Numbered from the stretch's first letter, positions 36,300-46,702 are shown. The stretch is DNA of 64,000 nucleotides from an uncultured virus (IMG/VR IMGVR_UViG_3300031772_000015) (IMGVR_UViG_3300031772_000015), one strand, 5' to 3'. Made by a program: numbers and translations. Notes: generated by a model from the sequence alone, not told the origin.

Positions 36300-39200
36300 T
36301 TAGAGAGTTGATGTGCCTCGCCGCAGTTCACGACGTATTTCTGTGGCGATGGACCTTGCCGTCTGGCGGCTTGATCCGCCGCCGGTAACTGAAACATTGA
36401 TGTCACCGATGTTCGTGACACTTCCGCCGTCGCTGCGGAAAACAGGTTGTACCCCGGCGTTCATCGCAGTCAACTGCGCGGAGAAGCGCCGAGCCGACTC
36501 CGCGTTAATCACAACTTCTCCCGGCGAAAGCATCGCTGGGACAACATCCGTGCCCTGGGGTGGGCCACCAAAAGCCAAGAAATTCCATGCTTTACCTCCA
36601 TGCGCAGCCGCCATTCCTGTCGATGGAAATTCAACTGATGCAGAAGCCCAAGCCAATTCCCACATCGCATTGGCTGCCGCTTGAATCTGTCCAGCCAACC
36701 CCGATATGTCCGGCATTGTACCTAAAGCGGCTTGTGCCTCCACAGCACCCGCACCTAACTTGCTGGCTTGCGGTTGTAACTGGTCAATGATTGCCTTCAA
36801 TCGTGCGGCTTCTGCCTCAGCAGCTTTCATTTCTGCCGATATATCCCGCGTTCCTGTCGGCCCTTGAATTTTCTTCATCCGTTCAGCTTCATCTGCGATA
36901 GATTTCAACCATCCCATTTGGCCTTCAATAAACGCTTTATCAAAAGCTGTCAAAGACGGACTCTTCAATGCCTCCGTAGAAATCTTTTGTAGTTTGAGAA
37001 ATTCGTCCATACCGAAGCCCTTAGCCCCGGTCTTTGACAACTTATCAAACACCACGTACAAGTCTGCAAGTGAACGTGTTGCCGCTTGAATATCACCGCC
37101 ACCCAGAATCGTGCCAATTCCCCTCTTTGCCATTTGTGACATATAAAGAAGTCCCTGACGCATTACATCATTATAGACTTCCAAATTGGCACCCAAGGCT
37201 CCTGTTGCAGCTTTCTGAACAATGGTAGATTGAGTCAGGACATTCTGTTCTCGTTGCAACGTACCGAGTAAATCTACTTGTTTCTGATATTCCTTCGTAA
37301 CCATCTCTGCTTGTTGCGAAGGAGTCTTCCCGGCCAGCATCTCCTGCGTGATCTTACCCCCAACAAAAGGTTTCAAGGAAATCTCAACAGCACCAATGCC
37401 GGTCTGAATCTGTTTCCGCAAAGTGTCGATAGTCTCGGGGGCTGCAAAGAGTTTCTGAACCTCCACGTTCGAGATGCCACCCTCCACGGCACCCTGGACG
37501 CGCCGTTGAAGTTGGTCAAACTTCAACATCTCACCAACATCAATCTGTTTACCAGCACCCCACAGTTCCTTCAACTCAGACATCTTCTTCTTTAAGTCAT
37601 CCGCCTTTTGTGCCTGTTTAGAGGCATCAATTGGGCCTTTCTTATCGAAGAGTGTCAAGTCTTCCAAGATTCCTTTCATCAAGACTTTCATTCGATCAAT
37701 GCGTTGTTGTTCAGTCGCCGCAGCCCGCAACGCTTCGGACGCTTGTTCACGTTTATTCCCTGCGTAAGTCTTTTCAGCCCCAATCTGCTGTTGAAGCACA
37801 GCAAGAACCATCCGCTCGGCTTGTTCATGCAGATAGGTGTCTTTAGTCGAAGCCGCAATAGACTCCGCTTCTTGTGCGAAGGATTGCGCACGCTGAAACA
37901 TGACTTGAGCCTCAGCCGCCTCCGCAGGCGACTTGGCTCCGGCCAATGCACCCGCAGCCGCCATCGCCAGACTCATGGCTCGCCGCTGGTACTGTTCAGA
38001 TCGTTCAGCAAGATCGGATTCTTGACGCATCCTCTGCTTGAAACGTGTATCGTCATAACGACCTTGCAAATCGACTTGACGTTTCGCCGAATCTATGGCA
38101 GCTTGATTTGAAGCATTGGCAGCGGCTCGAAATTGTTGTGCAACTTTCTCTCGCACAGCAATCATTTGTTGCAAAGTCACCCGACTACTTGCAAGTAAAT
38201 CTTCATCTGTTTTGCGGGCTTCATCAACCTGTTGATTATAGGCGCGCCGCACCAATGCCATGTATTCCTCAAGACGCCGCCCTGTTTCTGTGTAGACTTT
38301 TGCATCCGCCGTAATACGCGCTTCACCCGCCTTCTCTTCTTCCGCTAACCGCTCCTGTAAACTCTTTCTAAAATTCGCATTGGCGTCCACGAGTAGACTT
38401 GCCAACTTTTGGTCCACAAATGTTGCACCTGCTACAATGAAAGCAAGTGGTGCAACAGCATTATTCAATGCGGCTCCTAAAAGAGACGCATTGGCTGCCG
38501 CCAATCTTGCGTGCAAAGCAAGCGCCGCTAAACCTGTTCCAATTGCCACCAACGGTGGACCAAACGCCGTGGCCGCACTGACAATTGCTTTCAAGGCCGC
38601 CGCAAGACTTTCAGCCCCGCCAGCCGCCTTGAGCATCTGACTGATAAACTTAATCAATTCTGGGCCAACATCAGTTGCCAAAGCAATCTTGAGTTTGTTC
38701 AACTCTTTCGTGAATTGCTCAGCATCCGTCGAAGTGAACTGCTCAAATGCCTTATTCAAATCTTCGCGTGATGTCGTTGACAACGCCTTCAACGCATCTT
38801 CTGCTTGTTGTGCCCCGGTGCCGGTCAAACGCAATTCCGCGTTCAAGGCCCGGATGTTACGGAATAATGTAGCCGTTGCTGCCACATCCCCGTCCACACT
38901 GTCGCGCAATAACTCAAAGGCTCCCTGCAACCCTTTTGCACGAATCAATTGCTGACCGGTATCGTACCCCAATGCCTTCAATTCACGTTGCAAATCTGAT
39001 GAAGGTTTCACCAACGCTGCCATTGCCGAACGCAATTGTGTGGCCGCCTCGGGAACCTTGGCTGCACCGATAGTCAATGAAACCATCGACGCATCAACTT
39101 CGTCCAGACTCACACCCAATTGACTCGCCATCGGGATGATACGACCAAGTACCGGCGTCAAATCAGCACCACGCAACCGGCCTAATTCAATCGTCTTGAA

Positions 39201-40064
39201 GAATTTGGCGGCGACATCTTCGGCCTGACTGGTTGACATACCATAAGCATTAAGTGCCCCAGTCAACAATAACACAGCATCATTCAACTCCATACAACCA
39301 ACTTTCGCCAACTTGGCGGAAGCCGTCATAATGTCTGAACGTTGTTTGACAGTGGTGAACTGATTAGACAACGTTTGATACGTTGCCTCAGCCACTTGCG
39401 GAAGGGGGAAATTAAACTGGCGGGAGAAATCTGCGACCTCTTTACCCAGAGATGCAAAATTCTTGTCAATCTTTGGTGCGATTGTCTGAATTTCAGCAAT
39501 ACTGCGCTGAAACTTGAGCGATTCCGACACTGCTTCGTGAAGGGCATCCCGAATCTGTGACAAGACGCGAACAACCATTTGTGTCATTACGACACGACCG
39601 AGTGTTCCCCACGATGCCGTCATGGTATTGGTTGCGGCTGCCGCCTGTTGAGCGCTCTTGGCTGCGTTCTGACTGGCTGTTGTAGCGGCTGCACCCGTTG
39701 CCGTAGCCGCTGCACCGGCTGCCTTGGACGCCTGCGCGTATGCGTTGACAGAACTGGTTGCCGTACTATAATCCGGCGGCACCCATAATTTTGAGACAGG
39801 AGCAGCAGCGGCGGCAACCGGAGTCGCCGCCCCCATCGCCGAAGTATTGACTCGCGCCATTGCTGACGCCGCCCGACCAGCCTGTGTTGCCATGTCGCGC
39901 AGAATGTTGACAGTCTGCTCGGCCTTACTGTTCCAAGCAGACATCGCGGCCCCAGAACTCGACAATGCACTCGTAATACCTTGAAGCGCACCATCTAACT
40001 TCGCCAGCGCATCGAGCGCTTGGGACACATCAAAGCCAAGTTTATTGAGAATTTCGTCGGCCAT
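36300..40064 (-). CDS. Tape measure protein
   Basis: About 1250 aa, Ala-rich and helical; TP901-like core and C-terminal GTDVVPAMLSPGEVVIN. Likely start MADEIL at 40064. Confidence 0.92.
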   Translation of the reverse strand: MADEILNKLGFDVSQALDALAKLDGALQGITSALSSSGAAMSAWNSKAEQTVNILRDMATQAGRAASAMARVNTSAMGAATPVAAAAAPVSKLWVPPDYSTATSSVNAYAQASKAAGAAATATGAAATTASQNAAKSAQQAAAATNTMTASWGTLGRVVMTQMVVRVLSQIRDALHEAVSESLKFQRSIAEIQTIAPKIDKNFASLGKEVADFSRQFNFPLPQVAEATYQTLSNQFTTVKQRSDIMTASAKLAKVGCMELNDAVLLLTGALNAYGMSTSQAEDVAAKFFKTIELGRLRGADLTPVLGRIIPMASQLGVSLDEVDASMVSLTIGAAKVPEAATQLRSAMAALVKPSSDLQRELKALGYDTGQQLIRAKGLQGAFELLRDSVDGDVAATATLFRNIRALNAELRLTGTGAQQAEDALKALSTTSREDLNKAFEQFTSTDAEQFTKELNKLKIALATDVGPELIKFISQMLKAAGGAESLAAALKAIVSAATAFGPPLVAIGTGLAALALHARLAAANASLLGAALNNAVAPLAFIVAGATFVDQKLASLLVDANANFRKSLQERLAEEEKAGEARITADAKVYTETGRRLEEYMALVRRAYNQQVDEARKTDEDLLASSRVTLQQMIAVREKVAQQFRAAANASNQAAIDSAKRQVDLQGRYDDTRFKQRMRQESDLAERSEQYQRRAMSLAMAAAGALAGAKSPAEAAEAQVMFQRAQSFAQEAESIAASTKDTYLHEQAERMVLAVLQQQIGAEKTYAGNKREQASEALRAAATEQQRIDRMKVLMKGILEDLTLFDKKGPIDASKQAQKADDLKKKMSELKELWGAGKQIDVGEMLKFDQLQRRVQGAVEGGISNVEVQKLFAAPETIDTLRKQIQTGIGAVEISLKPFVGGKITQEMLAGKTPSQQAEMVTKEYQKQVDLLGTLQREQNVLTQSTIVQKAATGALGANLEVYNDVMRQGLLYMSQMAKRGIGTILGGGDIQAATRSLADLYVVFDKLSKTGAKGFGMDEFLKLQKISTEALKSPSLTAFDKAFIEGQMGWLKSIADEAERMKKIQGPTGTRDISAEMKAAEAEAARLKAIIDQLQPQASKLGAGAVEAQAALGTMPDISGLAGQIQAAANAMWELAWASASVEFPSTGMAAAHGGKAWNFLAFGGPPQGTDVVPAMLSPGEVVINAESARRFSAQLTAMNAGVQPVFRSDGGSVTNIGDINVSVTGGGSSRQTARSIATEIRRELRRGTSTL

Positions 40065-40074
40065 AAAGGCTCCA

Positions 40075-40575
40075 CTACACCTTGACTCGCACGGCCTGAA
40101 TATGCGGTGCGACGGGTGGTAAATCCACTGTGGATGCAAAACTACGGAACGCCTGGAAACCTTTCATCTGAAAGTTGTATGGACCTTCCTTTAACACACG
40201 ATAGAAGAGTGTTGGGTCAGGATCGACATTCGCATTATGATATTCGTTCCAAATCAGCCACGGTAATGATGTACTGTAACTGAAAACATACCGTCCTTTG
40301 CCGTCGTCCGCCTCCAATCCACCGGCCCCTTCACCAATGCCTGTGCCAACTCGACTTTGCGTTGCGGGTGCAATTGGAATGTTGTAATGAATCACTTGTG
40401 CCAGGTGCATAAATGTTGCACGCGATGCACCACTCCATACCGGAATCTCCATCAACACAGCCTCAAGCCACACACTAATTGCTTGAGATACAATATCCAT
40501 CATGTGTCGATGAAGGGCCTTCCGATAAGAAGACAAATTCAAGCGAGGCGCGACGAACTTTGGCACAAACTTCAT
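40075..40575 (-). CDS. HK97 gp10-like tail completion protein
   Basis: PVWSGASR resembles the PVDTG.LR motif. Likely start MKFVPK at 40575. Confidence 0.5.
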   Translation of the reverse strand: MKFVPKFVAPRLNLSSYRKALHRHMMDIVSQAISVWLEAVLMEIPVWSGASRATFMHLAQVIHYNIPIAPATQSRVGTGIGEGAGGLEADDGKGRYVFSYSTSLPWLIWNEYHNANVDPDPTLFYRVLKEGPYNFQMKGFQAFRSFASTVDLPPVAPHIQAVRVKV

Positions 40576-40577
40576 GG

Positions 40578-40844
40578 TCAGGAACCTTTCGGCACTGGGG
40601 CAACCCCAAAAGGCGTCCGTGCCCCAGCCAATTGAGCCTCCCACTCTGCCTCGTCATGGCTACAAATCTGATTGTAAGCAATAACGAGTGCTTGCGTCTC
40701 AACACCACAGTCATCCCATGAGTCTTTGACGCCAGGTGGTCGTATGCCTAGCCGTTCACAGGCTCGCCAGACAGCGTACTCGCCGGTTCGTTCTGGGGGC
40801 CAGAGTATTCGGCGGGCATTGGTCCCTGACCAGCAAGAAAAACC
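40578..40844 (-). CDS. Frameshifted extension (gpGT-like) of the tail assembly chaperone
   Basis: The -1 frame is open from slippery G-GTT-TTT (40838-40844) to TGA at 40578: ...YAVWRACERLGIRPPG... Confidence 0.75.
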   Translation of the reverse strand, partial: GFSCWSGTNARRILWPPERTGEYAVWRACERLGIRPPGVKDSWDDCGVETQALVIAYNQICSHDEAEWEAQLAGARTPFGVAPVPKGS

Positions 40845-41281
40845 TCGCGGGCCTTTGCCAGTTTATCGTCGTCAAGTGCATTTGCCTCCAAGACAAGAGC
40901 CAACACACGGTTGGATTCAACCTGTGTTAGCATCGCCGCACTCAAATCCTTTTCCCAATTCGACCAGGTACGGGGATCACCCTCCTTGACTGTATCCCAT
41001 TCAATCTCGGATGGAGTCAGAGACTTGACGACCATGTAGCCAAGTCGCTTCTTTGCCCACTCACCGAGAATCTGTTGATAGGTAGGATCGTTTACATTAG
41101 CAACCCAACCGTCCTTGGTAAGTTTTCCTGGCGGTTTCGGCGTCGGGCACAGTGCCGTAAACTCGTCCATATTCGGCAGACCCTTGGCACGAAACACGAG
41201 GTTCTGTTCACCACGCGGTAGCACCAAGATGATTTCTGTACTCAGAGACTTAGGATCAACACCAGCGATCTTCATGTTCAT
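40748..41281 (-). CDS. Tail assembly chaperone (gpG-like)
   Basis: Lies between the major tail protein and the tape measure; contains the slippery site. Confidence 0.75.
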   Translation of the reverse strand: MNMKIAGVDPKSLSTEIILVLPRGEQNLVFRAKGLPNMDEFTALCPTPKPPGKLTKDGWVANVNDPTYQQILGEWAKKRLGYMVVKSLTPSEIEWDTVKEGDPRTWSNWEKDLSAAMLTQVESNRVLALVLEANALDDDKLAKAREVFLAGQGPMPAEYSGPQNEPASTLSGEPVNG

Positions 41282-41349
41282 TTCCCTCGCGGAGAAAGAA
41301 AGGTAAGGTTGACATCGTGCCAACCTTACCGTATTCAGCGTTCACAGGA

Positions 41350-42405
41350 CTATTCCACGTCCCGCTCCACAATCGGTTCAGTCACGTTGCATTTGCCCGT
41401 AACCGAAATCGACGCTTCCTTGAAATTCACTTCCTTCGTGTCGGCGCGGAAGTCCGGGAATGTGGTTCGCTCATTCTCAGACGTGCCACACGGCGGCGTG
41501 TGAAGAACAATCAGGTCGATGGCATAGGGTTCACACTGATCGGTGGATGCGCTGACCCACTCAGCCGCACCGCCAATACCCTTCAACGCATCCATCGGAC
41601 TGACTGGTTCACTCGTTCCTTGAGTGATGTGTTCGTAAACAGCCTCCATCTTCACGTCCATCGGCACTTGATTCCCTTCCCTGACGGTATCCAAGTCGCC
41701 TCGGTCCAACAGGTATTCGTGAGTCTTGTGCTCGGTGTAAGTGATATTGCCGTCACCCACTTTGATGTCCAACTGTTGTGGCAAGAAAGTCACGACGCCA
41801 TCATCGACATACGTGCCTGCTCCAAGAGCGGGAGTGAAAGCAATGTTGGTTGTCGCCAAAGGCACGACACCAGCCTGCGTAGTCGCCACGGTTACAACCG
41901 TGGTTCCACCAGTAAGAGCCGAACCGTCGCCGACCAAGAGAGGTTGGGGTGTTGCACCCAAGACACCCTTGAACTCGACGACCCACGCTCCGGCTGTGCC
42001 AGTAACAGCCCAGTCGTCAGTCGTGTAACCATCTTCCATTGCCACGAGAGCCGTCTTAACGGCTGCCACATCGGCCTCAAAGGTAATGGCATCAGTCGTC
42101 TTACCACCCCATGTCAAATGGAAATGGCCGCCAGTCGCCGAGATGCCGACTGACTGCTTAGCGTTGACACCACCAGATGGGGCGGCAGTGCGCGCGGTGA
42201 CGACGTGAATCGTGTCGGCTGTCTCGCCGTCCACGGTAAAACGAGCACCCAGGGGCACTTTATCAGTGTCCACGGTGTTCAAGACAACAGAGTCGATGTC
42301 CAAATCCGTATCGGTTGCCACAGGCGGGGAAGCCGTCAATGCTCCCACCCCCGCGAGACCGTCTTGGAAAATGACATCGCAATCGCGTAGTTCAATGCGA
42401 GCCAT
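41350..42405 (-). CDS. Major tail tube protein
   Basis: Position, AGGAG RBS and acidic beta-rich composition. Confidence 0.75.
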   Translation of the reverse strand: MARIELRDCDVIFQDGLAGVGALTASPPVATDTDLDIDSVVLNTVDTDKVPLGARFTVDGETADTIHVVTARTAAPSGGVNAKQSVGISATGGHFHLTWGGKTTDAITFEADVAAVKTALVAMEDGYTTDDWAVTGTAGAWVVEFKGVLGATPQPLLVGDGSALTGGTTVVTVATTQAGVVPLATTNIAFTPALGAGTYVDDGVVTFLPQQLDIKVGDGNITYTEHKTHEYLLDRGDLDTVREGNQVPMDVKMEAVYEHITQGTSEPVSPMDALKGIGGAAEWVSASTDQCEPYAIDLIVLHTPPCGTSENERTTFPDFRADTKEVNFKEASISVTGKCNVTEPIVERDVE

Positions 42406-42420
42406 GTTCAGTTTCTCCTG

Positions 42421-42918
42421 TTATTCGTTGTTGGAAAGTTCCATCACGTAGCGAGCGTCAACCATTGACTGCTTCAACTTGTTGGTCGGATCAACTTGCC
42501 CAAAGTGCATGACGCGAATGGTGTCATTGCGTCCCTGCGCTGGCGACAAACAACCAACCAATTCATGCTCGTCGTCACCAGGTTCATTTCCATACTTGAA
42601 GATTGCGATGGAGCCATCCATTGCTTCGTGAAACACGCCAACCTTCTTGATGATGTCGTACTGATTCTTGCCCTCGTCGTTACGACTTTGGAACAAGACG
42701 TTCACAATTACTTCAACACGGAAATAATTGCGACTCAGTTCCTTCGTAAAAGGCCCTGTAATGCGCACTTCACACCGATCCGTGGCGTGTGTAAATGCAG
42801 TCGTGCGCTCATGCAGACCCTCCACCAAAACTGGAAGAGTCTGACTGTCCGCGATACCTTTCAAGTAGGTGGCTACGGATGCGAAAACCCAGCGTGCCCA
42901 ATTAGGATTGGCAGACAT
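42421..42918 (-). CDS. Tail terminator-like protein
   Basis: Position and size. Confidence 0.55.
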   Translation of the reverse strand: MSANPNWARWVFASVATYLKGIADSQTLPVLVEGLHERTTAFTHATDRCEVRITGPFTKELSRNYFRVEVIVNVLFQSRNDEGKNQYDIIKKVGVFHEAMDGSIAIFKYGNEPGDDEHELVGCLSPAQGRNDTIRVMHFGQVDPTNKLKQSMVDARYVMELSNNE

Positions 42919-43427
42919 TATATCCTCCTTGCAACCGAGTTAAGAGCAAGATCATCGTCAGCATTGATCTCCATAACGGAGCCTTCAATACCAAGTGGTT
43001 CACCGGGCATTTCTTTCCCGGTAACGACGTATGCCGTATCAAACTCGTACTCCTCAAAATTCTCAATGGCATACTTCCTGCTGTTGTAACCAATCCAATC
43101 ACACTCTTGTAACGCGAGATTGGGAGCATCGCGGCGTTCGATGATGAACAACCGTTTTCCAACCTCAAAATATCCACCCGTCACCGTCATCTTATTGGCA
43201 GAAATCACCGAAATGCTCTGCTTCAATTCTCGACTGATCGTAACAGGCAGAACGACCGCTCGATGAATCCGGGTTGCCGTCTTCGTTCGAGTCACTTCAC
43301 CGGTTTTCGTATCCGTAGTCACCGTGCCATTCTGGTATACGGTAATCGCACCCCCGTACTGCCGCTTCAAGGCGTACAATACGTGACGAATCTGTTGATT
43401 CAAGCTGTAGTTAGCGGGATACGTCAT
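42918..43427 (-). CDS. Head closure / stopper-like protein
   Basis: Position; DWIGYNSRKYAIE pattern. Confidence 0.55.
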   Translation of the reverse strand: MTYPANYSLNQQIRHVLYALKRQYGGAITVYQNGTVTTDTKTGEVTRTKTATRIHRAVVLPVTISRELKQSISVISANKMTVTGGYFEVGKRLFIIERRDAPNLALQECDWIGYNSRKYAIENFEEYEFDTAYVVTGKEMPGEPLGIEGSVMEINADDDLALNSVARRI

Positions 43428-43672
43428 TACTTTTCCAGAGCCTTCTCCAATCGTTCCATCATCATCGTGTTTTGAGCAATCACGTCTGCGCATCGTTCGA
43501 CAAGCGGCATCAACACGTTTCGCTGCTCGTCTTCCAATTTCTCGATGCGCTTAGTCATACGGCACTCACGGACCCAGTTTTGCCAAAGAAAGAAGGCAAC
43601 AACCAGAACCAGAGGGCCATATTGCTTGAGCAATGAAATGGCGTCGATAAACACGTCCATTGGTGTCTCCAT
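43427..43672 (-). CDS. Small single-TM protein (holin-like)
   Basis: QYGPLVLVVAFFLW transmembrane helix followed by a coiled coil. Confidence 0.5.
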   Translation of the reverse strand: METPMDVFIDAISLLKQYGPLVLVVAFFLWQNWVRECRMTKRIEKLEDEQRNVLMPLVERCADVIAQNTMMMERLEKALEK

Positions 43673-43692
43673 TCACCGCAGTTGATGGTAAA

Positions 43693-43723
43693 GCCGCCCG
43701 GTCGGTAGGTCCGGCCGGGCGGC
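43693..43723 (-). terminator. Hairpin after the major capsid gene
   Basis: 13-bp GC stem followed by TTT on the minus strand. Confidence 0.6.
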
Positions 43724-43744
43724 CGGAAACTCGCTCAGACAGGA

Positions 43745-45074
43745 TTAGCCGAGCACCGGAACGCAGAGGGCAGCGTTCAGAACCGCCACACCCGCGAGGA
43801 TGTCGCAGTTGACCACGGTGCCACCGGCGTTGATGTCGTACTGCATGAGCACGCGCATCCCGATGCCGTTGTGAGGAACCACGGCGGCCATGACACCCAT
43901 GCGGCTGTCGGGCAGAGCCAACGGCCGGGTGATGAGCGCCAGGGCGTCCCGATGGAACGCCAGGTTCAACGCACCGTATGGGCCGGGGTATGCGGCGTCC
44001 GTGTTGACCACCGCAATCTCCAATGGCCGATCCAGGTACACCGTGCAAGTCGTACCAGCGTCCTCAGACTCGATGACCGTATAGGTATGCCGCCCATTGA
44101 GGGTTACCCCAAAGGAGAGCAACTGGCCAACTTGCGGAGCCTTGGCCGTGGTGTAGGTATCAAGGACGATACCCTTGCTCCAACCCTTGGCGTAATCAGC
44201 CGCTACACCAATCTTCTTGTAGCGCGTGACTACCGCACTGGTCAGCACGGTATTCTTGAGGGGTTCGTTGAGAACAACCGCGCCGGAAGTCTTATCGAGC
44301 ATCCAGGTGGGTTGATCGTTGCCAGCGATATTCAGATACTCGCCAGCGAACCCAGTGACCACGATATTGAAAGCCCCGGCGTAACCGGCATCCTGACCAG
44401 CAACGAGTGTCAGGGGGCCTGCGTCAACATCCGCACCCGTCAGGACGTTGTTCACGTTCTGATCCATGTAGGTGTCGAAACCGAGGATACGGCCGAGGAT
44501 GGCGTTTTCCAACGCTGATCCACCATCACCACGCTGATCGGCCCTGATGAACAGTTCCGTCTTGAGCATGGCAGTCTCGCTACCCGGAGCCAGGACGAGC
44601 CGACGCCCATCCACGGGAGCCTTGTTGACGTTCAACCGCTCACGAGCATCCAGGCAGTAGTCCCTGGCCGTCGCAGCCGCCAAGCCACCCAACCGACCCA
44701 CACGACCAGCGGCAGGAGTGCCGAGGTAAGCGTGAACGCGACCGAGCAAGGCGCGGTCGATGCCACGGCTGATGGACAGCATGGCGGGTCGGAGGTAAAT
44801 GTCGGTCAATTCTTGGAAGGACTTGCTGCCTTCCCCGTCACGGATCACGAAACTCTGATAGAACCACTGGTCCAAAGTCACCGGCACATTGGTCGCGGTG
44901 GCGTCTTGCTGGACGAGGGTGGTCCCATCGGTCTTCCGGCGAATCTTGAACTCACCCGGACGACGGGTGTTCACGACATCGCCGAACTTGGCGATTTCGT
45001 TCTCAAAGTCACGATGGACGAGGTTAGCCATGACCATGTTCTCTTCGAGAATGGCCAAGCCTTCCTGTGCCCAA
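43745..45074 (-). CDS. Major capsid protein (P22-coat-like), exon 2
   Basis: WAQEGLAIL...GDVVNTRRP...G.LG.ILGFD...NLAFHRDALAL...DILAG. Confidence 0.9.
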
Positions 45075-45747
45075 CAATCTGTTACCAACTCTTTCGAGTC
45101 GGGCGGATCATTTCTGTCCGCCTCCTTGCATCGCTGCAAGGTTCAGACTATATCTTCACCCGATCTTTGATAAATCTTACACAACACTCCAACCGTTGAA
45201 GATGTTCTGTTGATTCATCCCGTAAAAGATGATTGCACGTTAAACATATCACGCCGCGAACAACTCCATCAACATGGTGGATATGTTTATGTTGTTGATT
45301 CTTGAATCCTGAACCACAACATTCACACTGACCAATCGCGTACAGTCGCACAACTTCATCTCGCGTCATTGAATACCGAGACATTGCTTTATGCAACCGT
45401 TGACAAACTTTACAGTAATGATACGGACAATCCTTAACACTGCAAAACTCTGTCACCAATTTCCACGTCGAACAATCCGTACACCACGCTCGTCCATCCT
45501 TGATTGTGCGCTTCCAACCTCTTGTCGGAATGTCATAGTGGAAACCTTCGCTAATCTTCGTTGCAACTCTCTTTCGTTTCGGGGCAGGGCGTTCAGTCGT
45601 TGAGGGTTCCCTTTCGGGTCTTCCCTGCTGATTGACCGCAGCACTCAGATTTTCACGCATCGCGTACTGGTGCATACTCGGTGTTTCCAGCATATAGCCC
45701 TGTTGTTTCATTGATTGTCACCAACCAAAGGAGCCTTGGGTTAATCA
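45075..45747 (-). mobile_element. Group I intron (673 nt) in the major capsid gene
   Basis: P1 GAGCU/GGCUC with a U-G pair at the 5' splice site; P10 CCCAA/UUGGG; core elements ATGCTGGAAA, AATCAGCAGG, CAACGACTG and AAGATATAGTC; terminal G. Splicing restores IPELWAQE. Confidence 0.92.
45148..45711 (-). CDS. Intron-encoded endonuclease VII-like homing endonuclease
   Basis: CECC...HIHH.DGVVRGVICLTCN plus an N-terminal CxxC..CxxC. Start position uncertain. Confidence 0.82.
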   Translation of the reverse strand: MKQQGYMLETPSMHQYAMRENLSAAVNQQGRPEREPSTTERPAPKRKRVATKISEGFHYDIPTRGWKRTIKDGRAWCTDCSTWKLVTEFCSVKDCPYHYCKVCQRLHKAMSRYSMTRDEVVRLYAIGQCECCGSGFKNQQHKHIHHVDGVVRGVICLTCNHLLRDESTEHLQRLECCVRFIKDRVKI

Positions 45748-45821
45748 AGCTCAGGAATGTAGGCATCCAGGACGTTCTCGTAGCAAGCCACGAAAGCCCG
45801 GTTTTGGTACAGACGATTCAT
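45748..45821 (-). CDS. Major capsid protein, exon 1
   Basis: AGGAG RBS; MNRLYQNRAFVACYENVLDAYIPE(L). The joined CDS is 1404 nt (467 aa). Confidence 0.88.
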
Positions 45822-45868
45822 GTGAATCTCCTTGTTTTGTTTGACTCAGTTCACCACTCCCCTGGGGA

Positions 45869-46702
45869 CTAGCGGCGCTTGGGAGCGAGTCCGAGCAATT
45901 CAGGGTTCTTGCTTCGGATTTCACGATACTGTTGCGGAGTCAATTTCCGCACGTCGATCTTGCCGCCTTGACCCGGTATGAGGCCACCGGTAGCCGAACT
46001 CGAACCGATCCCCGAAACCACCCCGGACTTGAAGAGGTTGGCCCACTCGGGCAACTCCTTCATACGCTTCACGGCTTCCTCGGGTGAGCGGGTCATAATC
46101 ACTTGCTCGTTCGTGGTGGCATCCACGTCCGGCATGTCAACCACGGGCTTATACTTGCCCGTGCCTTTACCCGTCTTCTCCTCCATGACCTCAATGAGAC
46201 GGGTCCACGGCCGCAATTGTGTAATCATCTGCGCCGTATTGAAAGCCTCATGCTTCACAGCCGCATCCTGCAATGAACGGTCGATAGTGGAATCTCGATA
46301 CAAAGACTCCCACACACGGGCCTTCTCGTCAGCCTCAGTCATCTTGGCTGCGTGCGCCTCTTCCATCTGACGCTTTTCCAACTGAGCCTGTTGTTCCTTG
46401 GTACGCAACTGACCGGCGATGGCGTCCAGATTCTCCTTCAAGGTCGCTCGCTCCTGATCGGTCAAACTCTTGCTCTTCGTCAATTCCGTCAGTTGCAACT
46501 CCATCTTTTGCAACTGCACCTGATGCTTGCGCTTATCCTCGGCAAGAATACGATTCAGGTCATCCTGGGTAAAGGTCGTGCCGCCAGTAACGGCACCAGC
46601 AGTGGCAGCAACAGCAGCGGCAGCAGCAACGGCAGCGGCAGCGGCAGCGGCGGCAGCATCTTCACCCTCAAAACAAGACTCCCACGGACGAGACTGATAC
46701 AT
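45869..46702 (-). CDS. Capsid scaffolding protein
   Basis: TFTQDDLNRIL, a coiled coil and a LFKS...G.GS tail; directly upstream of the capsid gene. Confidence 0.85.
   Translation of the reverse strand: MYQSRPWESCFEGEDAAAAAAAAAVAAAAAVAATAGAVTGGTTFTQDDLNRILAEDKRKHQVQLQKMELQLTELTKSKSLTDQERATLKENLDAIAGQLRTKEQQAQLEKRQMEEAHAAKMTEADEKARVWESLYRDSTIDRSLQDAAVKHEAFNTAQMITQLRPWTRLIEVMEEKTGKGTGKYKPVVDMPDVDATTNEQVIMTRSPEEAVKRMKELPEWANLFKSGVVSGIGSSSATGGLIPGQGGKIDVRKLTPQQYREIRSKNPELLGLAPKRR

Noticed and set aside
45075..45139. ORF-track N-terminus of the capsid protein (MQRCKEAD...)
   Set aside because: It is intron sequence. The real start is at 45821 in exon 1.
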